A stretch of DNA of 32,000 bases from Candidatus Saccharimonadota bacterium (GCA_016699955.1 CP064993.1:570001-602000), one strand, 5' to 3'. Numbered from the stretch's first letter, positions 8,054 through 21,535 are shown. The notes: generated by a model from the sequence alone, not told the origin. Translations and numbers: made by a program.

Positions 8054-8404
8054 ATGAAGTACAAAGAACTCATAAAGCTCGGTGGCATCTGGTTTCTTTT
8101 GTTTGTCTTCATGGGCGCAACAATGCCTTATAATATGCCTGTTTTTTTACTGATTGTTCCATTCGTTCTCCTCGGTATCGCGCTATTTACAACCTGGCAG
8201 GTGCTTTCACGGGCGTACTATTTGCACATAGGCAAAACCCAGACACGTCAGTCTAAACTACTTGGAGTGGTGATAAGCCTTGTCGCTGTACTGAGCCTTG
8301 GGCTTGAATCTATCGGCGAACTAACCCCCAGAGATTTCTTTACGCTGCTAATTTTCGGCATTGTCGGGTATTTCTACACGGTACGATCGTCCTACAGGGA
8401 GTAG
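8054..8404 (+). CDS. Small integral membrane protein (116 aa, ~4 hydrophobic segments)
   Basis: The ORF has long hydrophobic stretches (IWFLLFVFMGA, VFLLIVPFVLLGIALF, LLGVVISLVAVLSLGL, FFTLLIFGIVGYFY). No family was recognised. Confidence 0.6.
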   Translation: MKYKELIKLGGIWFLLFVFMGATMPYNMPVFLLIVPFVLLGIALFTTWQVLSRAYYLHIGKTQTRQSKLLGVVISLVAVLSLGLESIGELTPRDFFTLLIFGIVGYFYTVRSSYRE

Positions 8405-8456
8405 CTAGGCAAATTGCCACTATTATTGATGTCCGCTATCGTTATATACTATATAC

Positions 8457-8711
8457 ATGAACGAGTTGCCTCAACCAGCGCCACCTACCCCCAGTAGTAC
8501 TGCATATTCGCAACAGAACGCAGTCGCCCAGCCTATTTCGCCGCAGGCTGTTGATGATAAAATTCTTCAGGAGCGTGCGACTGAACAAATCGAGAGTGTT
8601 GTGCTGCAAACTGCCACAAATCCAGTCGAACGAGCAGACAATATCCATGCTATTAAAGAGGCCTATCTAAAAGCGCGTTTTGGAATTGATTTGAAGGAAA
8701 AAGCGCAGTAA
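8457..8711 (+). CDS. Small hypothetical protein (84 aa, Pro/Gln-rich N-terminus)
   Basis: ORF directly preceded by TATACT/TATATA (possibly leaderless). It is co-directional with and 46 nt upstream of the large ATPase gene. Confidence 0.45.
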   Translation: MNELPQPAPPTPSSTAYSQQNAVAQPISPQAVDDKILQERATEQIESVVLQTATNPVERADNIHAIKEAYLKARFGIDLKEKAQ

Positions 8712-8757
8712 TACCATGACAGTACTTAGTAAGCAGAGCCCAGGATGTAAATAAACG

Positions 8758-11706
8758 ATGTTATTAAGTCTACAAAAATTAAATCAAAAGAAGTTCAAAT
8801 ATGAACGTGGTCTATCTATGGTTCCGATGCTCATACATCTGCCTCCTCCGAGTGAAGATACGGAGTTAAATGGCCGTGACGTACGAGATCTTGTTGACGA
8901 AAATATTTCCAAAGCACAAATTATTTACAACATTATAGCGAGCACAATAGAGCAAAGTTTTAAAAACCGGTTTCATGGGCAGCGTCATTTCTGTTTTGAA
9001 ATCGTCGGCATAAAAGGCTTTGTACGTTTATATACTGCAGTGCCGGCTGACTACGTTAGTGTTATGCAGCAGGCTATCGTAAGCGCCTACCCAGCAGCTC
9101 GTTTGGAAATTACGCCCGAGTACAACATTTTTAGTCAGGTTGGCGGCATGAATGCGGTTATGGGCGGGCAACTAAATCTAAAAGAAAAGTACGCATACCC
9201 AATCGCTACTTACCAAGATTTGAAGCGCGACGCGTTTCAGTCGATACTTAACGCTCTTTCGACTGTGGAAAATGAGGATGGCGCTGCAATCCAGCTATTA
9301 TTCCGTCCGGCTGAAACTTCATGGCGAAAGACGGCGACAGATTTTGCATCTGCAAAGAAGAAAGGGACAGACAAGGGGCTGACTGTCGGCTCGTTTGCAA
9401 AGGACATGATGACGGCTTTTGTTAAGCCGCCAGAGCCTAAAGAGGAACGGGACAAGCCTAAAGATATTTCGTCGCTGGAGCAGTCGATTATTGATGCCAT
9501 AGAAGACAAAACGCGTCATCCTGGTTTTGAGGTTGCAATAAGGATCGTTGCATCTTCAAATGTATCTCAGCGTTCGCAGGCGATATTAAATAACATCATC
9601 GCAAGTTTTTCGTTGTTTGATGCACCTGGCAGGAATGGCTTTGACTATCACTCGGCTCACGATCCATCAGAACTCGTCACAAACTTCTTGCTTAGGGCGT
9701 TTCCTATGCATAAGAAAAAAAATATACTCAATTCTGTTGAGCTAGCCACAATATTTCACTTCCCAGATCAGCGCAGCATACCAACTTCACAGTTGGAGCG
9801 ACAGGACTCAAAGCAAGTAGATGGTCCACGCAATATGCCGCAGGAAGGCTTGTTGCTGGGCTTCAATGTATTTCGAGGAGTGAAAAAGCCGGTTCGATTG
9901 GGGCTGGGCGATAGGCAACGTCATATGTACGTGGTGGGCCAAACGGGTACAGGTAAATCAACCTTTCTCGAAAACCTGGCACTCCAAGATATGTTGCGCG
10001 GAGATGGTTTTGCGTTTGTCGATCCTCATGGTGATACGGCAGAAAAGTTGCTTTCCATGGTGCCTAAGGAACGAGCTGAAGATGTTATATATTTCTGTCC
10101 CTCAGATATGACCTATCCTATGGGATTGAATCTGTTTGAGTTTCATAATGCCGACCAGAAGGACTTCATCATCCAAGAGGTCATTGGTATGCTTTATAAA
10201 CTATATGACCCGCAGCACCAGGGAATTATGGGGCCACGGTATGAAAGTATATTTCGTAACTGCGCGCTTGCGGTCATGGCAGACCCGGCTGGCAGCAGTT
10301 TTGTAGATATTCCCAAACTTTTCCGAGACCCAGAGTATTTAAAACATAAACTTACGTACGTAAAAGATCCTAACGTGCTTGATTATTGGCAAAAAGAATA
10401 TCCGGCAAGTCAGCGATCAAACGACTCAGGTGAGGTCATCAGTTGGTTTGTTAGTAAATTTGGAGCTTTCCTTAGTAATGAAATGATGCGGAATATCATT
10501 GGCCAAACCAAGAGTGCCTTTGACCTGCGCGATGTGATGGACAATAAAAAAATCCTACTGGTTAACCTAAGCAAGGGTCGCACCGGGGAACTCAATAGCA
10601 AACTGCTTGGTATGGTGTTTATCATGAAATTCCAGGCAGCAGCTATGAGTCGATCCGATGTGCCAGAAAACGAACGTACAGACTTTGCGCTTTACGTTGA
10701 CGAGTTCCAGAACTTCTCAACCGATAGCTTTGCGACCATCATGAGTGAAGCGCGCAAATACCACCTGAATCTTATTGTTGCCAACCAGTTTACGACGCAG
10801 CTTACTGAGGAAATCCGTGATGCTGTTTTTGGTAACATTGGTACAATCGTAGCGTTTCGTATTGGGCAAAATGATGTCGAGAGCCTCGGTCGGTACTTTC
10901 AGCCGCACTTCGATGGAGATGATTTGTTGCGTGTGCCGAACGCAAATACGATTGTTCGAACACTCATAAACGGTGTGCCGACTCAGCCATTTAGTATGGC
11001 GACACTGCCACCGCTAGGAAACCCAAATCCGGGTCTTTCCGATGCACTCAAGCAACTTTCGGCTGCAAAGTTTGGCAAACCGCGTGCGGTTGTTGAAAAA
11101 GCAATATTTGAGCGTCTTGCAACGAGGACGCCAGAGCCTACGCCATTTTCTAACCCATTTTCAGCTCAGGCACCTGTAGGCGGGCAGCCAGCGGCGCTTA
11201 CTCCGCCCGCCGTGACGCCAGCGCCTAGTTCAGGCTCGTTTCTCGATGAATGGCTTTCAAAGCAGAAAGCTATGCCAGCATCTGCAAGGCCAACAGCTCA
11301 GCCCAGCAGTGCGACTATGCCAAGCGCCACGCCGTTACCACCCCAGTCTCAAATCGCTACGGATGTTGCCAGTGTTGAGCTAGACGTTGGTACACAGGAG
11401 TCTGTGACTCAGCAGGAAATCAAACCGCTCACGACCGAACCAACAACCGACTTGTACGAAGCGGGTAACGTTTCGAGTGCTGAACTTGACGAGCAAGAAG
11501 TGAAGGGTATTGCCGCGGAGCTAAAGAAGGGCTTAAACTCAGAGCAAGCCGCCCAAGGTACGACGCAGGTGACCCCCCAAGTGCCGACTGATGGCCAGCT
11601 TTTATCCCTCAAATCAGCAGAAAGCCAGGCTCTGGCAAACGGTGATACTATTGCAATCGATAATGATGGCACAATCCACCTAAATAATTCATCTGCCGAG
11701 GACTAA
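8758..11706 (+). CDS. TraD/TraG/VirD4-like (type IV coupling-protein family) P-loop ATPase with a large unknown N-terminal domain and a disordered C-terminal tail
   Basis: Walker A VVGQTGTGKST followed by FAFVDPHGD. Walker B ALYVDEFQNF, then ARKYHLNLIVANQFTTQL. The last ~240 aa are Pro/Ala/Gln/Thr/Ser-rich. An alternative start is ATG 8818. Confidence 0.75.
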   Translation: MLLSLQKLNQKKFKYERGLSMVPMLIHLPPPSEDTELNGRDVRDLVDENISKAQIIYNIIASTIEQSFKNRFHGQRHFCFEIVGIKGFVRLYTAVPADYVSVMQQAIVSAYPAARLEITPEYNIFSQVGGMNAVMGGQLNLKEKYAYPIATYQDLKRDAFQSILNALSTVENEDGAAIQLLFRPAETSWRKTATDFASAKKKGTDKGLTVGSFAKDMMTAFVKPPEPKEERDKPKDISSLEQSIIDAIEDKTRHPGFEVAIRIVASSNVSQRSQAILNNIIASFSLFDAPGRNGFDYHSAHDPSELVTNFLLRAFPMHKKKNILNSVELATIFHFPDQRSIPTSQLERQDSKQVDGPRNMPQEGLLLGFNVFRGVKKPVRLGLGDRQRHMYVVGQTGTGKSTFLENLALQDMLRGDGFAFVDPHGDTAEKLLSMVPKERAEDVIYFCPSDMTYPMGLNLFEFHNADQKDFIIQEVIGMLYKLYDPQHQGIMGPRYESIFRNCALAVMADPAGSSFVDIPKLFRDPEYLKHKLTYVKDPNVLDYWQKEYPASQRSNDSGEVISWFVSKFGAFLSNEMMRNIIGQTKSAFDLRDVMDNKKILLVNLSKGRTGELNSKLLGMVFIMKFQAAAMSRSDVPENERTDFALYVDEFQNFSTDSFATIMSEARKYHLNLIVANQFTTQLTEEIRDAVFGNIGTIVAFRIGQNDVESLGRYFQPHFDGDDLLRVPNANTIVRTLINGVPTQPFSMATLPPLGNPNPGLSDALKQLSAAKFGKPRAVVEKAIFERLATRTPEPTPFSNPFSAQAPVGGQPAALTPPAVTPAPSSGSFLDEWLSKQKAMPASARPTAQPSSATMPSATPLPPQSQIATDVASVELDVGTQESVTQQEIKPLTTEPTTDLYEAGNVSSAELDEQEVKGIAAELKKGLNSEQAAQGTTQVTPQVPTDGQLLSLKSAESQALANGDTIAIDNDGTIHLNNSSAED

Positions 11707-11723
11707 TAACAGCTATTCTCATC

Positions 11724-11752
11724 TTGTAGAAACGTCAAATACAAGATATACT
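11724..11752 (+). promoter_or_regulatory. Sigma70-like promoter upstream of gyrB
   Basis: TTGTAG-17 nt-TATACT. Confidence 0.45.
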
Positions 11753-11788
11753 AGAATGCGAGTACAAAGGTGTAGAACCAAAACGTAG

Positions 11789-13774
<1,986 letters not shown>

Positions 13775-13775
13775 T

Positions 13776-16400
13776 ATGGCAGACCAACCGCAAGCACCCA
13801 ACCCTGAACCGATCGAAGATGCTCTTTTGTCAGCAGCCAATGCTACTACATATACAGATGATGATCTGATTGACCGTCATGCTGTTGAAATCGTAGAAGG
13901 TATGAGCCACTCTCGCCTAGTAGAACGGCGGAGTGTTGAAAATGTCATGGAAGACAGCTATCTGCGGTACTCCATGAGTGTTATCATTGACCGCGCGTTG
14001 CCGGATGTACGAGACGGCATGAAGCCAGTTCACCGACGAATTATGTACTCAATGCACGAAGAGGGCTTAAGAAGCTCTGCCCGTCATCGTAAAAGCGCCA
14101 ATGTAGTCGGTGCAGTCATGGGTAAATATCACCCGCATGGTGATTCATCAATCTATGATGCAATGGTACGCCTTGCTCAGCCATGGTCTACGAGGTATAT
14201 GCTGGTAAATGGGCAGGGTAACTTCGGCTCTATGGACGGAGACCCGCCAGCCGCAATGCGTTACACTGAGGCCAAAATGCATCGAGTAGCCGACGAGCTA
14301 CTCGCCGACATAGACAAAGATACAGTAGATTTTCGTGATAACTACGACGGTACGACACAGGAGCCAACAGTTTTGCCCGCCAAGTTGCCCAACTTGCTGC
14401 TCAATGGCCAGCTTGGCATTGCTGTCGGTATGGCTACAAATATCCCACCACATAACTTAGGGGAAGTTGTGGATGCGACTGTATACAAAATTGATCATCC
14501 GGATGCATCACTGGAAAAGCTTCTTGAGTTTATACAGGGGCCAGATTTTCCAACAGGTGGAATTGTTTACGGCGCAGGCTCGATCCGGCAGGCATATGCA
14601 ACTGGCCGTGGCGGTGTAGTTGTACGCGGTGTCGCCGAAATCATCGAAGGGAACAAGGGTAGGCACCAGATAGTTATTAGCGAAATCCCATACTCGCTCA
14701 ATAAAGAGAGCCTGGTTATAAAAATAGCCGATCTCGTCAAAGATAAGAAAATCGCTGGCATAAGTGACCTCCGCGACGAGAGCGCCCGTGGAAAGGTACG
14801 CATCGTCATAGACCTCAAAAGAGATGCATATCCTAAGAAGCTGCTCAACCAGCTGTACAAGCTTACGCCGCTTCAAACAAGTTTTCATTACAACATGATG
14901 GCTCTCATAGACGGCATACAGCCGCGTGTATTGGGTCTGCAAGATATTTTGAATGAGCATATCAAACATCGGCAACAAGTTGTGCGGCGCCGAACAGAAT
15001 TTGAACTACGTAAGGCAAAAGATCGCGCTCACATTCTTGAAGGGCTTAAAGTTGCCCTTGATAATATAGATGAAGTTATTAGAACAATTCGGGCTAGTGA
15101 AACGACCGAAGAAGCTCAAGCCAACTTGATCAAAAAATTTGCTTTCAGTGAAATTCAAGCAAAAGCAATCCTTGCCATGCAGCTCAGGACATTGGCTGGC
15201 TTGGAAAGAAAGAAAATTGAGGATGAACTTGCTGAGCTCATAAAACTAATCTCAGAACTTGAGGCAATCTTGGCCGATGAAAAAAGAATACTCAGCATAA
15301 TAAAAGACGAGCTTAAACAGCTCAAGAAACAGTATGGTGACGAGCGTCGCACCATGGTTGTGCCGAGTGAACTCAATAGACTAAGTGACGAGGATCTTGT
15401 CCCAGACGAACAGGTAGTTGTAACGCTTACATCGGCTAACTATGTAAAACGGAGCACTTTGGTTGAATACAAGCGCCAAGGCCGAGGTGGTAAAGGTCGT
15501 CGTGGCATGGCTACGCGTGAGGAAGATGTCATCGAACACGTTGTAAATGCGTCTACGCACGACTATCTGCTTTTCTTCACAAACAAAGGACGCGTGTTCC
15601 GCCTTAAGACGTACGAAGTGCCCGCCACCTCCTTAAACGCCAAGGGTGTAGCTATTGTGAACTTGCTGCAGTTGCAACCAGAGGAAACCGTTAGTGCCGT
15701 TATAAATGTTTCGAAAAGCGATAGTGAGCAGACTGCAAATCTGATCATGTGTACGAAAAAAGGTGTTGTTAAGAAAACACCATTTGAACAATACAAAAAT
15801 GTGCGTACCTCGGGTCTTATTGCCATCAACCTAGACGATGGTGATGAGCTGAAATGGATAAGACAGACAAGTGGCGACAACGAAGTCGTCATTAGCACTA
15901 AGCAAGGCCAAGCTATTCGGTTCCATGAACGCGATGCGCGACCAATGGGTCGAGTAAGTCGTGGTGTTCGTGGCATACGGCTTCGTAGCGACGACTATGT
16001 CATTGGCATGGACGTTGTAGACGAGCACAGCAGTATATTTGTCATTAGTCGCTACGGCTATGGTAAGCGCACAAAAGTTGCTCAGTTTACGCCACATGCA
16101 CGTGGTGGGGTCGGTATACGATCGGCGGTAGTCAATAGTAAAACTGGTGAGCTTGTTGGGGTGAATACATTAAGTGATAGTGCCGACCAGGAGGTCATAA
16201 TTATCAGCCAAAACGGACAAACCATTCGCTTGGGGCTCAAAGACATACCCGCACTCGGCCGCGCGACGCAGGGAGTACGTATCATGCGCCTCAATGACGG
16301 GGATCAAGTAGTTTCGCTAGCCCTTGTAGACAAATCAGAGCTATTAGATGAAGACGATGAAGACGTTGTCATTGAGTCAGCAGAAAAGCCAACAAAGTAG
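13776..16400 (+). CDS. gyrA: DNA gyrase subunit A
   Basis: [20 protein letters not shown] (QRDR) and the [10 protein letters not shown] catalytic Tyr. C-terminal beta-pinwheel repeats are present. The start lies 1 nt after the gyrB stop. Confidence 0.97.
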   Translation: MADQPQAPNPEPIEDALLSAANATTYTDDDLIDRHAVEIVEGMSHSRLVERRSVENVMEDSYLRYSMSVIIDRALPDVRDGMKPVHRRIMYSMHEEGLRSSARHRKSANVVGAVMGKYHPHGDSSIYDAMVRLAQPWSTRYMLVNGQGNFGSMDGDPPAAMRYTEAKMHRVADELLADIDKDTVDFRDNYDGTTQEPTVLPAKLPNLLLNGQLGIAVGMATNIPPHNLGEVVDATVYKIDHPDASLEKLLEFIQGPDFPTGGIVYGAGSIRQAYATGRGGVVVRGVAEIIEGNKGRHQIVISEIPYSLNKESLVIKIADLVKDKKIAGISDLRDESARGKVRIVIDLKRDAYPKKLLNQLYKLTPLQTSFHYNMMALIDGIQPRVLGLQDILNEHIKHRQQVVRRRTEFELRKAKDRAHILEGLKVALDNIDEVIRTIRASETTEEAQANLIKKFAFSEIQAKAILAMQLRTLAGLERKKIEDELAELIKLISELEAILADEKRILSIIKDELKQLKKQYGDERRTMVVPSELNRLSDEDLVPDEQVVVTLTSANYVKRSTLVEYKRQGRGGKGRRGMATREEDVIEHVVNASTHDYLLFFTNKGRVFRLKTYEVPATSLNAKGVAIVNLLQLQPEETVSAVINVSKSDSEQTANLIMCTKKGVVKKTPFEQYKNVRTSGLIAINLDDGDELKWIRQTSGDNEVVISTKQGQAIRFHERDARPMGRVSRGVRGIRLRSDDYVIGMDVVDEHSSIFVISRYGYGKRTKVAQFTPHARGGVGIRSAVVNSKTGELVGVNTLSDSADQEVIIISQNGQTIRLGLKDIPALGRATQGVRIMRLNDGDQVVSLALVDKSELLDEDDEDVVIESAEKPTK

Positions 16401-16674
16401 AACTTCACATTTAGTAGACGGCGGAATATGTATGATTCGAAAAATACCGGAGGGGGCTTTTACATGCCAGACGGTTTCTTCCTACGCACACATGCGCACA
16501 GATCGGGGTTTGTTCCAATCATTGATGGTGGTAGCAATGAAATGGGTGATGGCTTGGCGGGAACAATGCTGCCAACCAGACAGCGAACACCCAACCCAAG
16601 CATTGCATTGGGGTAGAAAACTCAAACTAATTAGCTAGATGTATCAAATACAACACATTCGGGCAAATATATCC

Positions 16675-16703
16675 TTGACTTGGGCTGAAATGGTCTATAC
16701 AAT
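16675..16703 (+). promoter_or_regulatory. 16S rRNA promoter
   Basis: TTGACT-17 nt-TACAAT, about 210 nt upstream of mature 16S. Confidence 0.55.
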
Positions 16704-16913
16704 AGCCAGCTAGTGCTTTTGAGGTCTCTATTTTGTGTCTCTCAAACTTGGACGTTAAAAATTGAGTAGTGCAACGTCCCCTTTATAACGAGGGGGACAA
16801 TCAACGTCAGTTCACACTGCTAGGTAAAACTAGCGTGAATTGTTTTAGAAATTTCGAATCTGTACTAGATTCAAAAGTAAGTCAGTTTTATAACTGATGC
16901 TAAGACAAATTCT

Positions 16914-18384
<1,471 letters not shown>

Positions 18385-18652
18385 CTAGGGAGAAACTAAC
18401 CTGCAAACGAGTAATCAATGCAGAGTTAGGTCGATGTCGATGGATTGTAAATCAGTACTGACAATTCAATTTCCGGTTTTTATCGGACGGCACATTCAGT
18501 TTCTGAACCTTGTGAACTTGACGTTGATAATGCAGTTCGTAGGTACATAATGATGCTTGCATCAATATGTACCGAAAACAGCATTTTCTCTCCGCAAGGA
18601 GAGGTTGCACTACTCAGTTTTTAACAGTCACAGCACGGCTAGTCTGAATTAT

Positions 18653-18690
18653 AAGGAGCCCCACACTTGCGAGAGGGCTCCTTTTTATTT
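18653..18690 (+). terminator. Intrinsic terminator after the 16S 3' processing stems
   Basis: AAGGAGCCC-13 nt-GGGCTCCTT followed by TTTATTTT. It abuts the stop of the convergent ORF 18685..19179. Confidence 0.6.
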
Positions 18691-19179
18691 TCTCAATCTA
18701 AAGTACGCCCAACAGAGACAAGCGGACATAATTACGCTCGCCACTGAAATCATGATAAGTGTATCAACCATGGATACGGTGCTTCCACCAAAATATTGAC
18801 CACGACCAGAATTAACTGCAATTTCATTTGCAGCGAATAGAGCAAAAATTATCGCAACCAAAATGAATGTAATTGCGCCAATAAGGTAGTTTTTTCTGCT
18901 CGGTGAGTATATTGAAGCATTCGAACGGATGGGACTGTGTGGCGTTTCTGTTTTTCGAAGTTTAAGATAACTTGTTATGCTTACATATACACCCGCTACT
19001 AGAACCGGAACATACGTAATCAAGCCAAAACTTAGTAGGATGCCGCTAAGGCCAATTTTATCGTAAGTACCGAAGTAAACCCAATCGGTGTACATGCCGA
19101 ACAGAAACACTAGTGCAATAATTGAGACTAACACAGATCCTATGAAGCGGACTATTAATGGTGTACGTTTATCATTCAT
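18685..19179 (-). CDS. Integral membrane protein (164 aa, ~4 TM)
   Basis: Hydrophobic ORF 15 nt downstream of the GNAT gene on the same strand. No family was recognised. Confidence 0.6.
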   Translation of the reverse strand: MNDKRTPLIVRFIGSVLVSIIALVFLFGMYTDWVYFGTYDKIGLSGILLSFGLITYVPVLVAGVYVSITSYLKLRKTETPHSPIRSNASIYSPSRKNYLIGAITFILVAIIFALFAANEIAVNSGRGQYFGGSTVSMVDTLIMISVASVIMSACLCWAYFRLRK

Positions 19180-19194
19180 ATTACGATTTTATAT

Positions 19195-19770
19195 TCATTC
19201 ATATCGTTGGGTGAAGGGGAAGCGGAACTTTTTTTTGGCGTCCTGGCTAGCCAACGAAGGCTGTTCGGTAGTGCCACTAACATGTCGTTCAAAGTAGGCC
19301 ATGGGTTGTGGCAGGTGGCTAGAAACAGCCTTGCTGTCTGCGCGGACAAAGCCATGTGATAGATGGTAGGATTGGAGCTTTTCGTTGTCAGACGGGCAGG
19401 TCAGTCGAAGATACTGGCGGCCTTGTTTGGCAACTTCTGCACAAATGAGGTCTATGATTTGGCTGCCAACATGTTGACCACGTAGGCCAGGCGCAACGAC
19501 GAAACGGTGCAGGTAACCGGCTATGGGTGGTTGTTTGCCCCACCGCGCCAAGTCATCCCAGAAAAGCATAAATACGCCGACAATCTCCTCGTCGGTGTGG
19601 GCAACGTACATATTGCCGCCAGCCACAATAGCCTTCAAATTGGTCTCATCTGTTGTCGTTTCGCCCCATGCCAAATCACCCCGGTACATTTTGCTGCGTA
19701 TGCCGTGTGACAGTATAGATTGTATGTCTGGTATGTCTTCTTCTATGGCTGGCGCAATCTCAATGTTCAT
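19195..19770 (-). CDS. GNAT-family N-acetyltransferase
   Basis: Motif A HRFVVAPGLRGQHVGSQIIDLI. Start taken at MNIEIAPAIEED (ATG 19770, with TATACT 8 nt upstream). The longer ORF to 19830 would run into the IS inverted repeat. Confidence 0.8.
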   Translation of the reverse strand: MNIEIAPAIEEDIPDIQSILSHGIRSKMYRGDLAWGETTTDETNLKAIVAGGNMYVAHTDEEIVGVFMLFWDDLARWGKQPPIAGYLHRFVVAPGLRGQHVGSQIIDLICAEVAKQGRQYLRLTCPSDNEKLQSYHLSHGFVRADSKAVSSHLPQPMAYFERHVSGTTEQPSLASQDAKKKFRFPFTQRYE

Positions 19771-19807
19771 ATATTTAGTATAGCAACACAAACTATATTT
19801 GGCCTTT

Positions 19808-21106
19808 AATTCGACCTCCAAGTGCAACAAACCAAAACTATCCTCTAAAAAAGTAGGACATTAGCTTCTCGTCTGCCTTGTCTCTAGAATTAGGTGTGTT
19901 CAGCAACTAATAATCGATGAAAGGAGACAGCTAATGTCCTATCGTCATCTTATCTCAGATGACCGTGTTGTCATAGCAACACTACTGCAAGAACACAGAA
20001 ACCAAAGCTATATCGCCAGTAGGATTGGCGTCAATCGTTCGGCCATCAGTCGTGAGCTGGCTCGCAACAAAACACGAGACAAACCAGTCCAGATACCACT
20101 GCCCAAACGCCCGACCATTCTCGACAAAGACTGCCGCCATGCCCGAGGTAGCGGTCTCGCCCAGGACAAATACGAAGCAGGAGAGAATTACTGCAGCGCA
20201 GTACGCGAAGTTCATCTTGCCAACCGTTTCTATGAACCGCGCAGTGCCCAGCGTGCTGCAACCACACGACGTTTGAATGCAAACCAAAGCCGGCTGCGGT
20301 TGGCATACCAGTCTGGCGACTGGCTCGAACAGTACGTCAGACATCGTCTACTCAAAAATGAGTGGTCACCCGAGCAGATTGCCGGTGGCTTAAGACGAAA
20401 CTACGGTATTGTACTTCACTGGCAAACCATTTACGACTATATCGATCTTTGCTCCAACAAAACAGATAAGAAACAGCTTCAAAAGCACCTTCGGCGCGGC
20501 GGCAGACCGTACCGTCATCACGGTACGAACGAACGCATCAAGGCTAGGCAGAAAGCTCTGCCGCCAATTCAGAGCCGTGACGCAGTGATTGAACAGCGAA
20601 CTCGTCTAGGTGACTTCGAAGGCGACACAATTGTTGGGTTGGACACTAAAGACCGAATCGCCACCCACGTTGATCGAACAAGTGGGGAGTGTCTGCTCGG
20701 GTTAGTACTTGGCTATGACGCACGTAAGATAGCTGACGACACCGCTAAGCGGCTGAAACAATATGCACAGTCCGGGCTCCCCATCCGGACTGTTACATAT
20801 GACCGTGGTACCGAGTTTGCCGAGTATGAGCGTCTGCGAAACAATGCTGCCATAGCTGTGTACTTTGCTGATGCCTATACGCCATCACAGCGTGGCAGTA
20901 ATGAAAATCTAAACAGCCTTGTCCGCCAATACTACCCAAAACGATTCGACTTTAAGACGATTACCCCAAGACAACTCAAAGTCGTAGAAACCAAGCTTAA
21001 CAACCGTCCAAGAAAACGATACAATTTCCGCACGCCTATTCAGCAGAGATACTACGTACAGGCAAGACAGTTAGCCGGTTTTGTTGCACTTCGGGATAGA
21101 ATGTAG
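19808..21106 (+). mobile_element. IS30-family insertion sequence (~1.3 kb; ends approximate)
   Basis: Single transposase ORF. Imperfect terminal inverted repeats: ATTCGACCTCCAAGTGCAACAAACC (19808-19833) versus the reverse complement of GGTTTTGTTGCACTTCGGGATAGAAT (21077-21102). Confidence 0.6.
19934..21106 (+). CDS. IS30-family DDE transposase
   Basis: N-terminal HTH (SYIASRIGVNRSAISRELARN). DDE region FEGDTIVG...TYDRGTEFAEY...SQRGSNENLNSLVRQYYPK. RBS AAAGGAG. Confidence 0.9.
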   Translation: MSYRHLISDDRVVIATLLQEHRNQSYIASRIGVNRSAISRELARNKTRDKPVQIPLPKRPTILDKDCRHARGSGLAQDKYEAGENYCSAVREVHLANRFYEPRSAQRAATTRRLNANQSRLRLAYQSGDWLEQYVRHRLLKNEWSPEQIAGGLRRNYGIVLHWQTIYDYIDLCSNKTDKKQLQKHLRRGGRPYRHHGTNERIKARQKALPPIQSRDAVIEQRTRLGDFEGDTIVGLDTKDRIATHVDRTSGECLLGLVLGYDARKIADDTAKRLKQYAQSGLPIRTVTYDRGTEFAEYERLRNNAAIAVYFADAYTPSQRGSNENLNSLVRQYYPKRFDFKTITPRQLKVVETKLNNRPRKRYNFRTPIQQRYYVQARQLAGFVALRDRM

Positions 21107-21116
21107 GGGCCCAAAC

Positions 21117-21145
21117 TTGTTTTTAAGGGTGCATTCCGGTAAAAT
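21117..21145 (+). promoter_or_regulatory. Candidate promoter for the tRNA-Ala/tRNA-Ile pair
   Basis: TTGTTT-17 nt-TAAAAT, ending about 11 nt before tRNA-Ala and beginning about 10 nt after the IS end. Confidence 0.4.
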
Positions 21146-21156
21146 ACTGCGGTCGA

Positions 21157-21233
21157 GGGGTGATAGCTCAGTTGGCTAGAGCACCTGCTTTGCAAGCAGG
21201 GGGTCCGGGGTTCGAGTCCCCGTCACTCCACCA
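21157..21233 (+). tRNA. tRNA-Ala (anticodon UGC), CCA encoded
   Basis: GGGGTGATAGCTCAGTTGGCTAGAGCACCTGCTTTGCAAGCAGGGGGTCCGGGGTTCGAGTCCCCGTCACTCCACCA. The G3:U70 identity pair is present. Confidence 0.95.
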
Positions 21234-21458
21234 AATATTTTGAGACAAACGTTAAGTTTTTCTCATCCAAACAGGGGAACGGAATGAATCCGTTTGATCG
21301 TCTGCTCACCCTAGCAAATTAGGGAAAATTCATGGGGGCGCAGTGCCTAAAGCACAGCGTCTCCACCAAAACGAATTTACCAGACGCGTCAAAAGCGTCG
21401 CCACAATCGTTGGTAGATTGGGCAAGACTAGTTAACAATTCAATTAGATCTGACCGAT

Positions 21459-21535
21459 GGGCGATTAGCTCAGCTGGTTAGAGCGCGTCACTGATAATGA
21501 CGAGGTCGGAGGTTCGAGTCCCTCATCGCCCACCA
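21459..21535 (+). tRNA. tRNA-Ile (anticodon GAU), CCA encoded
   Basis: GGGCGATTAGCTCAGCTGGTTAGAGCGCGTCACTGATAATGACGAGGTCGGAGGTTCGAGTCCCTCATCGCCCACCA. Confidence 0.95.

Noticed and set aside
16348-16638. ORFs 16348..16638 and 16428..16616, plus a 29-aa minus-strand peptide (MQCLGWVFAVWLAALFPPSHHPFHCYHHQ, ATG at 16608) between gyrA and the 16S promoter
   Set aside because: There is no RBS, no recognisable family and odd composition. They cannot be supported from sequence alone. The ~270-bp spacer remains unexplained.
18557-18799. 80-aa plus-strand ORF across the 16S trailer and terminator
   Set aside because: It covers the processing stem and terminator and is antisense to the membrane-protein gene.
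19771-19830. Longer GNAT start (MLHLEVELKAKYSLCCYTKY...)
   Set aside because: The extension runs into the IS30 left inverted repeat and is not GNAT-like. The ATG at 19770 has a -10 box upstream.
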